Translations under genes and position numbers: made by a program
Assembly (NCBI GenBank): GCA_963823335.1
Contig: CAWGLD010000001.1
Coordinates: 1,728,001 to 1,792,000 of the forward strand
Reading direction: 5' to 3'
Length of the DNA: 64,000 bases
Origin: an uncultured delta proteobacterium
GTDB taxonomy: Bacteria; Desulfobacterota; Desulfobacteria; Desulfobacterales; B30-G6
The notes under the pieces: generated by a model
Databases searched by the model: none
What the model was told of the DNA's origin: nothing
The model's input: the letters and a program-made list of their open reading frames with translations, nothing else
In this document: piece by piece, positions 43,565-52,227 of the stretch
Layout: each line of letters begins with the position of its first letter
Position numbering within the stretch: the stretch's first letter is position 1

Positions 43565-43665
43565 AGTTGTGGAGACTCCGCGAGCTACACCCTACGGGCT
43601 CGCTCGCCTCCACAACAGCTATCTATAGGAAAGGTACCAGACATCAACGGTCAAAGTCGTGTACT

Positions 43666-44502
43666 TTATTTCTCTCCAATGATAGCAATTTCTGCCGAAT
43701 CCGGAGTCAGAGGTTTACCGGCAACATCCGAGTATAACGCTTTAACTTTTAGGCCGTTTTCTTCAAATTCGTTTCTCAGCGAATCTTTGTTGAAGTACTG
43801 TAACCAATTATAAACCGTACGCTTCCGGTTTTTTTCTATCACGGTATATTTATCAAGAATCACCAGTTCGTTTTCATATTTAAACGTGTTTACAAAGCAG
43901 TAATAATCGTCAGGCGACCAGAAACCGTTTAGCTGATTTAGTTGATAAGCTGCCAATTCTTCTCTCTGCTTGAAAGCGTTTATAGAATATACATCAAGTA
44001 ACACGGAACCTTCCGGCTTCAGTAGCGACCGAAATTTTGAGAGTATCGTTTTCCTTTGTTCGGGACTCAGGGCGCAGAAATCACACATTATCATTATGAT
44101 AAGATCGAAACGGTCTGTTGTATCAAAATCAAGATAGTTCATCAGAAGGTAACTGATTTCAAGTTCTTTTCGAGTAGCCTCCTGCTTAGCATATCTGATA
44201 GAATTTTCAGAGAAATCTATACCAGTCACAGTTGCACCACGTTCTGCCAGTTTTTCTGTGTAGAGACCCGGTCCGCAGCCGAAATCTGCAATTTTAGTGC
44301 TTTCACCCACTCCGAATCGAGAGGCAATCCATTCTGCGGAACATTCAATAAAATTTCTGTTCCGGGATGACATATCAACTGATTCGTTCAGGTGATATCC
44401 GAGCATCTGTTTTGATGTGTGTTCATCTGTCCAAAGTTCATCAGCTGTATAGAACTGAAAAGGTTCGGGACGTGAATTTATTTCTTTGAGTTCCTGAAAC
44501 AT
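43666..44502 (-). CDS. Class I SAM-dependent methyltransferase
   Basis: ADFGCGPGLY, GIDFS, LKPEG. Confidence 0.92.
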   Translation of the reverse strand: MFQELKEINSRPEPFQFYTADELWTDEHTSKQMLGYHLNESVDMSSRNRNFIECSAEWIASRFGVGESTKIADFGCGPGLYTEKLAERGATVTGIDFSENSIRYAKQEATRKELEISYLLMNYLDFDTTDRFDLIIMIMCDFCALSPEQRKTILSKFRSLLKPEGSVLLDVYSINAFKQREELAAYQLNQLNGFWSPDDYYCFVNTFKYENELVILDKYTVIEKNRKRTVYNWLQYFNKDSLRNEFEENGLKVKALYSDVAGKPLTPDSAEIAIIGEK

Positions 44503-44636
44503 AATTAATCCTATATTGATTTCTAACACATAGCGATTTAATCCTTGGCTCGTCTTTTTGAGTGATGCTCTGTGGTGTGAACAGATGCCTTATTAAAGTC
44601 GATGCATTATTCATTTTTTAGGTTGACCTTTGATTG

Positions 44637-44785
44637 ATGGAGAGATCCTGCAGATATCACCTTTGCCAGATATCTGTGTTTTCCAAGGGTATCTGCAATA
44701 GCGACCTGCCTCATTACCCTTACAGATAGCCCATTTCTTACAAAAATGCAAAAAGGGCAAATCCTGCAATAGAATTTAGTCTTTC
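44637..44785 (+). repeat. Type B spacer, right end missing
   Basis: ATGGAGAGATCCTGCAGATATCAC...TACAGATAGCCCATTTCTTACAAAAATGCAAAAAGGGC. Confidence 0.8.
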
Positions 44786-44856
44786 CGGTAAGATCGCCGG
44801 TGTTCGGCTCCGGTTCATTAGGCTATTCAGCCCCGCCGCAGAATGAAAAATTTACA

Positions 44857-44898
44857 TAAAAAAAGCCCTTCAATCTTATTTGAAAAGATTGAAGGGCT
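44857..44898 (-). terminator. Intrinsic terminator downstream of B12-box remnant
   Basis: AGCCCTTCAATCTT...AAGATTGAAGGGCT followed by U-run on minus strand. Confidence 0.75.
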
Positions 44899-44974
44899 GC
44901 ACCCAGCTTTCTTGGCCCTTTCTATTTTTAACGATTGCTCTCTGTATCACCGCAGAGAGATGGCTATTTACCAA

Positions 44975-45023
44975 GGCAGGTCTTCTGACTCCCGATTCAA
45001 TCTAATTTCCGCGCCTTTCCATC
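44975..45023 (-). ncRNA. 3' half of a cobalamin riboswitch
   Basis: Minus strand GATGGAAAGGCGCGG...GGGAGTCAGAAGACCTGCC (B12 box); no 5' half recognisable. Confidence 0.65.
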
Positions 45024-45045
45024 TGGTTGTCTGTCAAGTTTTTAC

Positions 45046-45191
45046 TAGAAGCCATCTCAAAAAAAGGGTTTTGGCTCAAGTTCAAGGCGGGCCCGAACTT
45101 CAACCCGCAGGCATACTGAAGTATTCCGAGGAGTTGAAGCAAGGGACCAACACAGAAATTGGGTCAAAAAACTTTTTTGAGATAGCTTCTA
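45046..45191. mobile_element. 146-bp MITE
   Basis: TIRs TAGAAGCCATCTCAAAAAA / TTTTTTGAGATAGCTTCTA; partial second copy 56190-56247. Confidence 0.8.
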
Positions 45192-45230
45192 ATCAAAAGG
45201 ATCAACCATCTGGACCCCCTTGCCTAACCT

Positions 45231-45797
45231 CTAAAACCGCAACAGTGGAACTATTTCAGGCGTTTCATCCTTATCGATAGGAAAGAACTTAAGGGATTTG
45301 CCGTGAAAAACTTCCATCTGCTCCTCATTCACCTTTTGGGATAGCGGCAAATAGTAAAAGCCCAGTTTCATGCTGTAGTTTTTTTCGTTTGTTTTCAGTT
45401 TTATCTTGACCTCATTATGATTCCACTTGTAAACGGTTTCGCCGGTTTTTGCAGAAAAACTCTTATCAGGGTTGCCGTATTTCGATTTCAAGTAATTACG
45501 AAACTCCCCGAAAACCTCTTCACTTTCCAGCGTGATATACACCGCAAAAAACTGGTCTTCGTAGAAACCATATACTACATCGGGGACCGGGATCTCATTG
45601 ATTGTGTGAACGATATTGGGCTGGGTGTAATAGACCACATTTTCTTTCTCGTACAACCGAGCCAACCTTTCCTGATGAGCCGCGGGTGAGGCCCATTGGA
45701 TTCCCATGAACCCGTCTTTCAGATCCTCGGCGCCTGCAAAGCCGACGGCAAGGCAGATAGCGACCAGGACGCAACCTCCCGCAATTAGCGTTTTCAT
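45231..45797 (-). CDS. Exported hypothetical protein
   Basis: Signal peptide MKTLIAGG...AGA; DGFMGIQW, KYGNP; RBS GAGGA. Confidence 0.75.
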   Translation of the reverse strand: MKTLIAGGCVLVAICLAVGFAGAEDLKDGFMGIQWASPAAHQERLARLYEKENVVYYTQPNIVHTINEIPVPDVVYGFYEDQFFAVYITLESEEVFGEFRNYLKSKYGNPDKSFSAKTGETVYKWNHNEVKIKLKTNEKNYSMKLGFYYLPLSQKVNEEQMEVFHGKSLKFFPIDKDETPEIVPLLRF

Positions 45798-45857
45798 GTC
45801 AGTATTCCTCATCATTAAAGGTTGATGATTTCGCAAAAATCCATCGTCAAAATCATA

Positions 45858-45909
45858 TTGAACCGAAATAGCGAGAGCTTTCCCCCCTGCTTGCGGCGGG
45901 TAGTTTCAA
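45858..45909 (+). repeat. 52-bp copy of TTGAACCG..TTCAA element
   Basis: TTGAACCGAAATAGCGAGAGCTTTCCCCCCTGCTTGCGGCGGGTAGTTTCAA. Confidence 0.65.
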
Positions 45910-45918
45910 CTGATGGTT

Positions 45919-46104
45919 TTAAAACTTTTGAGGATCACAAAGATTTTCAGAGCTGTTTGCTACACGTCCACAACCACCACAAACATAGTGTCCGTTCGAT
46001 ACCAGTTTTTTCCACTCTTCAAAATTATCTTTTAACAGTCCATCACCGTGCAGAGCACATAGATGTTTATCATGTCCTTCATGTGGCATTTCTTTTTTGC
46101 TCAT
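45919..46104 (-). CDS. Small Cys/His-rich putative metal-binding protein
   Basis: HDKHLC...YVCGGCGRVA....NLCDP; RBS GGAGG. Confidence 0.75.
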   Translation of the reverse strand: MSKKEMPHEGHDKHLCALHGDGLLKDNFEEWKKLVSNGHYVCGGCGRVANSSENLCDPQKF

Positions 46105-46239
46105 AATTACCTCCAATGCATTCTAATAAACTACTATTTAGGCAGTTTTAAATTCAGTGGTTTTTTAAGGATCTTGGTAACCTTCAAAAAATAGGTTGCT
46201 AAAGGCCACTTGTCAAATATTTTAATTAATGAGTTTGTC

Positions 46240-46325
46240 ATGATAACACAAAAACACAACATGGCTAAATTTGTCTATGGTGGTGATATTATAAAAAACC
46301 TGTAGATATCGTGGAATTGTGATAT
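46240..46325 (+). repeat. Right half of type B spacer
   Basis: TGATAACACAAAAACACAAC...CTATGGTGGTGAT...AAAACCTGTAGATATCG aligns to 41614-41690. Confidence 0.7.
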
Positions 46326-46344
46326 GTATGATATCGGCAACTGG

Positions 46345-46672
46345 TATCTGACGCCGATATTGCTTCCGGAAATAGTACCAACCCAAGTTATTCTGTCGGT
46401 TTTTTCACTATAAGTATCGGCAATGAAATGAGTTGTATCCCCTTCAACAGTTGTTGTATAGGAGCCAAATCCATATTTCGCACAGTTCACTGAGGTAAAT
46501 TGGTTATTATCAAATTTAAACCAATCTTTTTCCGAAGATTATTTACCCATTTTTTTCCAGATGTTCCAGAAAAATTGTTTCCATCCAAGATTCCTGCATA
46601 GGCGCTTATAATTGCAAAAACAAAGATTACGGCGATCACAATTAAAAGGCTTGCTCTAATTGGATATTTCAT
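46345..46672 (-). pseudogene. Frameshifted, 3'-truncated exported protein
   Basis: Signal peptide (..SAYAGILDG) in one frame, FKFDNNQFTSVNCAKYGF...WVGTISG in another. Confidence 0.55.
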
Positions 46673-46935
46673 AATATCAATATGTGTTAACACATTGTGA
46701 TATATATCGTACAAAATATATTATATGCCACTGGTGTGAAATACATTGAAATTCCAATTCGCCACATCTCTATTTATGGTACCGCTAAAAAGGTAATGAC
46801 ACACATTTCTTTTTGTCTTTTTTGCTTGACCTGACTTGACCTGACTCGATCGCTTACTAAACTTGTCACTTCGAATTTCTCTCTGCCGCTAAACAATTAA
46901 ATATGGCCTCGGTACCAAATAAATTAAGGTAGACC

Positions 46936-47727
46936 ATGTTGTGGGGGTATATCACAAAAGAGAGCCCATACACGAAATGGGAATTTTGGCTCGATCATCA
47001 AGGTATGCAGCCGGGTCGGGCTCCCCATGGTCCTTTGCACAAGGTATTTGTAAATGATAGAGCGTTGGATTCTTCACAACCTCCCGTCCAATATGGGTCG
47101 ATTGCGGTCAAGGAAAACTATGGGAAAGACAAAGAACTCAAAGCAATTACAGTTATGTACAAAGTTACTGGTTACAATCCGGATGCAGGTGACTGGTTTT
47201 GGGCAAAATATTCACCTGAAGGAAAAGCTGATAAGTTTGGGAAACCAGAAGGGTGTGTTAAGATGAAGTTGGGGTTGGCCCTTGTTTTGGTACTTTTACT
47301 ATTTGTTGTTGTGTTTGAAAGCACCCGGCGTAACCAAGCAAATTTCTTCTTATTGCTGTTGCATTTGTTTTGCTTACTGCTGGTTATAGGAATCGGCTAT
47401 TTTGGTGGCGAGCTTGTTTTTGGGAAAAAATTGGCTGTCATTCAAACTACCGACAAAACTGTTACAGATACAAAACTGGTGATTGCTGGAGAAAAGTTAT
47501 TCGAGAAGAAATGTTCTTTTTGTCACGTTACAGATAGCACCGATACCAAAGTTGGTCCTGGGCTTAGAGGACTATTCGATAGGGAAAAGATGCCTGTCAG
47601 TGGTTGGCCTGTTTCTGCTGAAGGATTACGGCGACAACTAAAATCGCCATATAGTCAAATGCCTCCTTTCAAAGACCTTACCGAAGAGGAAATTGAGTCT
47701 TTGACAGGCTATTTACAATCTCTTTGA
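46936..47727 (+). CDS. Chimeric ORF: cytochrome P460-like fragment + two TM helices + monoheme cytochrome c
   Basis: VKENY, TVMYK..GYNPDAGDWFWAKY, GC without CxxCH; later CSFCH..GPGL..MP. Confidence 0.6.
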   Translation: MLWGYITKESPYTKWEFWLDHQGMQPGRAPHGPLHKVFVNDRALDSSQPPVQYGSIAVKENYGKDKELKAITVMYKVTGYNPDAGDWFWAKYSPEGKADKFGKPEGCVKMKLGLALVLVLLLFVVVFESTRRNQANFFLLLLHLFCLLLVIGIGYFGGELVFGKKLAVIQTTDKTVTDTKLVIAGEKLFEKKCSFCHVTDSTDTKVGPGLRGLFDREKMPVSGWPVSAEGLRRQLKSPYSQMPPFKDLTEEEIESLTGYLQSL

Positions 47728-47892
47728 TGCCAATAATCATTAAGCAGCAACCTGTAAGCACTCGAAAAAATTCACTAGCGCCAACGCATCGGTAGAACGA
47801 TCTTCCCTCTACACTCTGTGATATCAGAATTCCATGAAAAATTTTGTGGACCGGTCCCCATAGTGAAATACGATGGCCAACCGGAAAACAAA

Positions 47893-48588
47893 TCAAAAAC
47901 GAAATGCGACACCGAAATAGTACTGCAATCCTTCGATGTCAACATTTCCAGTTGTATCCTCAAAACTCAGTGTTGTTTCGTTAATTCGGGTTCCGATATT
48001 TAAGCCAAATTGTTCCGATAAAAAGATATCAATACCTGCTCGAGCGTATAAACCAACGCCAAACTTGATTTCTGAATTAGAGCTAAGTTCATCGGAATCT
48101 GAGTCTTTCGGTTCGGTGGACTGTATTCCCCAGATAAGCAGGGGTCCGGCACCCACATATAACCGAAGCCATTTTGATGGTTCAAGACCGAAATACCCAC
48201 CGAAAAAATAATCCATTATAAATGAGTCCACCTCCACTGCAACCGCGGCCGTGCCGCCGTTGCTTCCGGAAGATGCACGAAAATGTTGAACATCGCTGTC
48301 AACGCTGAAGATGGCGCCGGTTTCGATGCCGTACTTTAGCAGCCCCCCGCCGAATGGGCCTTGCGCATCAGCGCCGAAAATACTGGTGTCGAAGTCTTTT
48401 CCTTCAATGTCTGAATTATTGTACGAAATGGTCATCTTGCCGTAGAAAGCATGGCCGGTTGTTGGCTCTATTGCTTCTTGCGACAACACTTTGCCCATCG
48501 GTACCAGGCACATCCCTGTACAGATTATCAGAATAATTCCCAGCTTGATGCTCAGATTCACATGCATTTTCGGTCTATCTAAAAGCAA
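47893..48588 (-). CDS. Outer-membrane beta-barrel protein
   Basis: Signal peptide, LYVGAG, GLYARAG, C-terminal FRF. Confidence 0.78.
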   Translation of the reverse strand: MLLDRPKMHVNLSIKLGIILIICTGMCLVPMGKVLSQEAIEPTTGHAFYGKMTISYNNSDIEGKDFDTSIFGADAQGPFGGGLLKYGIETGAIFSVDSDVQHFRASSGSNGGTAAVAVEVDSFIMDYFFGGYFGLEPSKWLRLYVGAGPLLIWGIQSTEPKDSDSDELSSNSEIKFGVGLYARAGIDIFLSEQFGLNIGTRINETTLSFEDTTGNVDIEGLQYYFGVAFRF

Positions 48589-49349
48589 CTAAATCCACCA
48601 TCAATGACAACGGAGTCACCAGTGTGATATGAACTGGCATCGCTTGTAAAATAAATAGCAATCGGGCCAAAATCTTTTGGTGCTCCCCAACGCCTCTGAG
48701 GAATACGTTTCATCATCTTTTCTGTAAACGTATCGTTTTCAAAGAGGGGTGCTGTCATATTGGTCTCAATCCATCCGGGTAGAATTGCATTTGCTCTAAT
48801 ATTATATCGTGCATATTCAACGGCAATTGACCTGACGATAGCTGTCACACCGGCTTTGGTGGCTGCATAGTGTTCTCCAGTAGGCATGCCAAACTTAGCT
48901 GAAAGACTACTTGTTATCACAATTGACCCACCTTTTCCTTGCTCCATCATGTGCGCCAATGTAGGCTTCAATGTGAATAGAACACCGTCTATATTGACAC
49001 CAAAAATGGTATGCCACTCTTCCAGGGTCATCTTGTGAAATGGCGTACCAAGCCATGAAGTACCGGCATTGGCGAAGCAGGCGTCTACCTTCCCGAGCAA
49101 ACTGATTGTCTGCGAAAAGCATTCTTCAACCTGCTTTTGGTTTGAGACATCGCATTCCAAGGAAAAAACCTTATGCCCATGCAGTTTGAGTTTATCGACT
49201 GCAGTTCTATTCCTTTTCTCATTTCGGCTCCAAATACAGATGTCAGCACCGGCCGCTGTAACTGCTTCAGCCATCCCAAACCCTATGCCGCTGTTGCCAC
49301 CTGTTACAAGGACTGATTTCCCGGTAAGATCAAATGTTGAATTTGTCAT
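48579..49349 (-). CDS. SDR family oxidoreductase
   Basis: TGGNSGIG, NAG, YAATK, PGWIET. Confidence 0.93.
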   Translation of the reverse strand: MTNSTFDLTGKSVLVTGGNSGIGFGMAEAVTAAGADICIWSRNEKRNRTAVDKLKLHGHKVFSLECDVSNQKQVEECFSQTISLLGKVDACFANAGTSWLGTPFHKMTLEEWHTIFGVNIDGVLFTLKPTLAHMMEQGKGGSIVITSSLSAKFGMPTGEHYAATKAGVTAIVRSIAVEYARYNIRANAILPGWIETNMTAPLFENDTFTEKMMKRIPQRRWGAPKDFGPIAIYFTSDASSYHTGDSVVIDGGFSCF

Positions 49350-49372
49350 GTGTCGACCTCCCTAATAGTGCA

Positions 49373-49648
49373 CTACCGTTTCGATCTTTCAAGTTTGATT
49401 GTTACGAGGTTCTGGTAGTCTGGACATCGCAGACTAATAGTATCCCCATCCCACCATGGCAAGGAGCCACCAAACTGGAATGTTTGGAGACTTGGGAAGA
49501 TATCATGGTAGAACCAGCCACATAAGCCTGCTGGGTTATGACAGCTTATTTCAAAGGAGTCACCTATTTTGTGCCCGGCGTCACATCTGCCTTCTGAGCC
49601 TGTAATGCTTGCAACAACTTTGTAACCTAACTTTGGATCATTTGCCAT
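49373..49648 (-). CDS. TIGR04076-like small Cys protein
   Basis: GRCDAGHKIGD, GLC, FGGSLPW, CPD. Confidence 0.75.
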   Translation of the reverse strand: MANDPKLGYKVVASITGSEGRCDAGHKIGDSFEISCHNPAGLCGWFYHDIFPSLQTFQFGGSLPWWDGDTISLRCPDYQNLVTIKLERSKR

Positions 49649-49908
49649 ATTGTCATCCCTCCTTCTCTTGTTGATGGTATCCGGTTTTATAAATCAGCGT
49701 CTGTTGTTTATATTCTAAGCAGATGAACATACTTATTTCATTGCCTGTATATTTTCCGGTAAATTCTTCTTTTCCGAATTGACCTGCTTGAATACGGGAA
49801 TGCTGATAAGTTCAGTGTAGATTTGAGTCTGAATGGTCTTTGCAAGATTGCCACAGAATGTGCAGATGATCTTTTCCTGCGCCATGAACCCTCTCTCTTG
49901 TCCAGCCA

Positions 49909-50205
49909 TTACAACAAAGAGAGATACAGAAAAATATATTCCCCATCGTTGATATTGATAGCGATGTCGGCGCCCCTTGATTCCGCAAATATGATCCATG
50001 GTGGCTTGTCTGATCTACCACATTCAGTCTTTGGATAATATTCGCCTGTCTTACCGCAGTACCATGACAACATCATTGGATCGTCACTCAGTTCCCTAGC
50101 CTTTCGTTTTGCAATATCCGTTGCCGATGCAATATCAAGGTCCTTATGGTTTACTGACAGTTTGATATGGTTGCCCTTGAAACCAATTAAATTATCTGGT
50201 GTCAT
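49909..50205 (-). CDS. AF1514-like small protein
   Basis: DPMMLSW, EC...KPPW..FAESRG..I.INDGEY.F. Confidence 0.7.
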   Translation of the reverse strand: MTPDNLIGFKGNHIKLSVNHKDLDIASATDIAKRKARELSDDPMMLSWYCGKTGEYYPKTECGRSDKPPWIIFAESRGADIAININDGEYIFLYLSLL

Positions 50206-50805
50206 TTTATTTCTCCCGTATGTGTTTATTGTGATCGCGCGCCACAAACCCGTAGTCTTTGATAAAAAATCCGACACAGTTGCTGAGCAATAGCATCAAT
50301 ATCGAGAAGAAAACGATTGTTGTTCCGCGGACTTTGATTGTTGAAATATGCATAGATCAAACCAGGCTGAGAAATACTAAACAAAAGAAAATACCATCTA
50401 AGAGAGGCAATACTGATATATAACAAAGAGGCTGAGAACGTTGCAATATGTTTATAACGCCAGATTGGATGCGCTCCAAAGAGTCCAAAGGATTTGCAGG
50501 CCATTTTTTCAAGCAGGTTCCATGTCGTGCAAGCATGTTTAAGGGCATTCTTTTCAACGTTGGGCAGCGCCATTATTGGAGGGACGTCCTTGACTAATTG
50601 GATGAATCTATTTCGATCCGGAAAAGGTTTTTGATAAGGACTGATTCGTTTATCAATTTAATAAAGAACGTCCCTTATTTTGATTCTCGCAATCTTTATC
50701 GAATCTTTACACAACTCCACACAAATCGTGCTTATAATGGGTCTAAGGTATGATTCCATGAAACCGGGTGCGATTGCCGGCTATGAAAGAAAGAGGGTGA
50801 ACGGG

Positions 50806-51591
50806 ATGAAAAAAAGAGATTACGGGCGTAATGGATGGTTTTACGTCCTATTGGGTTTGGTGCTGTTTTTAGGGGCCTGTTCCCAGGCCATGGAACCCGC
50901 AACCAGCCATGAATCAACAAAAAAGGAGTTTTCCATGAGTGTTGAAAGTGACCTGCCCGCCATTGATTCTATAGCGACACCCATAGTTGAAACAGCATCT
51001 TTCGGGCTGGGGTGATTCTGGGGTATCGAATCCCGGTTCGGGATTATCGAGGGTGTCATCCGTACGCGTGTGGGGTATGCCGGCGGCGAAATGGCGGGTC
51101 CCAGCTACGGGCAAATGGGAGATCACACGGAAACCGTACAAGTGGATTTTGACCCCGGGCGTATCACCTATGCTCAGTTGCTGGAGATTTTCTGGGACAC
51201 CCACCGACCGACCAGCCGAAACGGGTCCCGGCAATACATGAACGCGATATTTTACCAGGATGATGAGCAGCGCCGGGTGGCAATGGAATCCAAAATTGCC
51301 ATGGAGCAGAAAATCGACGGAACCATACGATCACAAGTGCTACCGCTTCGATTGTTTACCATGGCAGAGGACTATCACCAGAAATATATTCTGAAACAAA
51401 ATGCCAAACTCAAAAATGAGATGTCGCGTATTTATCCGCAGCACCGTGATTTTGTAGCATCCACAGCTGTGGCGCGTTTGAATGGATATGCAGGCAGGAA
51501 TGGTACCCGTGATCAATTGTCACGGGAAGTGGAAACACTGGGACTGAGTGCCCAGGGGAAACGAATATTATCGGAGATGGTAAGGCAGTGA
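50806..51591 (+). CDS. msrA: Selenocysteine-containing lipoprotein methionine sulfoxide reductase A (261 aa, Sec70 at TGA 51013-51015)
   Basis: Two in-frame ORFs join as FGLG-U-FWG; TRVGYAGG, HTETVQV, AEDYHQKY; lipobox LGAC; hairpin AATCCCG-GTT-CGGGATT after UGA. Confidence 0.9.
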
Positions 51592-51689
51592 AACAGGGTT
51601 CGAGAGTCAGAGGGTGATACAAGAGTTGCAGGGCAGCTGACAGCTGTAAGCGGCTTCCCAGTTTCCCAGCATCATAGCTTTCCAGCATA

Positions 51690-51974
51690 TTATTTCTTTC
51701 GTCCGGTAAACACCCAGTACAACAGCCAGCCCAACAGCACCGGTCCCAGACCGGCATATAGAAAAAGGATCCAATCTTTCTGCCAGGGCTGCAAAAATGC
51801 GGCAGCGACAGCTGGATAGATCACGGAAGCGGCAATTGCCACTCGCATGCTACGCGATATCACCACAGCCAGCCGGGGTGATGTCTGTGTATCCCGTCTT
51901 TGCAGCATGCGTGGTACGAATAAGATACCCAAAAGAATAACGACAACAAGCAATATTTCCTGAAAACCCGACAT
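51690..51974 (-). CDS. Small membrane protein
   Basis: Three hydrophobic segments; RBS AAGGAGG. Confidence 0.7.
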   Translation of the reverse strand: MSGFQEILLVVVILLGILFVPRMLQRRDTQTSPRLAVVISRSMRVAIAASVIYPAVAAAFLQPWQKDWILFLYAGLGPVLLGWLLYWVFTGRKK

Positions 51975-52059
51975 CCGCCCTCCTTGTTTAAATCTGCTGC
52001 GGGTATTTCAACTGTCGATAATTATTGTCCCCCATTTAGATCAAAACTCCGATTTGGTA

Positions 52060-52185
52060 TCATGAAAGGATGGTGGATGTAAACATCAAGGGCTTTCTTT
52101 ACTGCATTGCCTTGGATCTGCAGGGCATGCCGGATTACCACCAGGCCATATCATCCATGAATCCTCGGTGGCCGGTTACGTCGGC
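52060..52185 (+). pseudogene. SDR oxidoreductase fragment
   Basis: ERMVDVNIKGFLY and, shifted, GHIIHESSVAG. Confidence 0.5.
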
Positions 52186-52227
52186 AATAGAAAATACCAG
52201 GAATGATTTTGTCGAACATGACGGGGG

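Noticed and set aside
44843-45280. 145-aa plus-strand ORF
   Set aside because: Crosses a terminator, a riboswitch remnant and a MITE.
33466-46325. Classical integron attC array
   Set aside because: Isolated GTTAG-type heptamers occur (e.g. near 41120 and 44525), but no paired RYYYAAC/GTTRRRY palindromes and no IntI gene.
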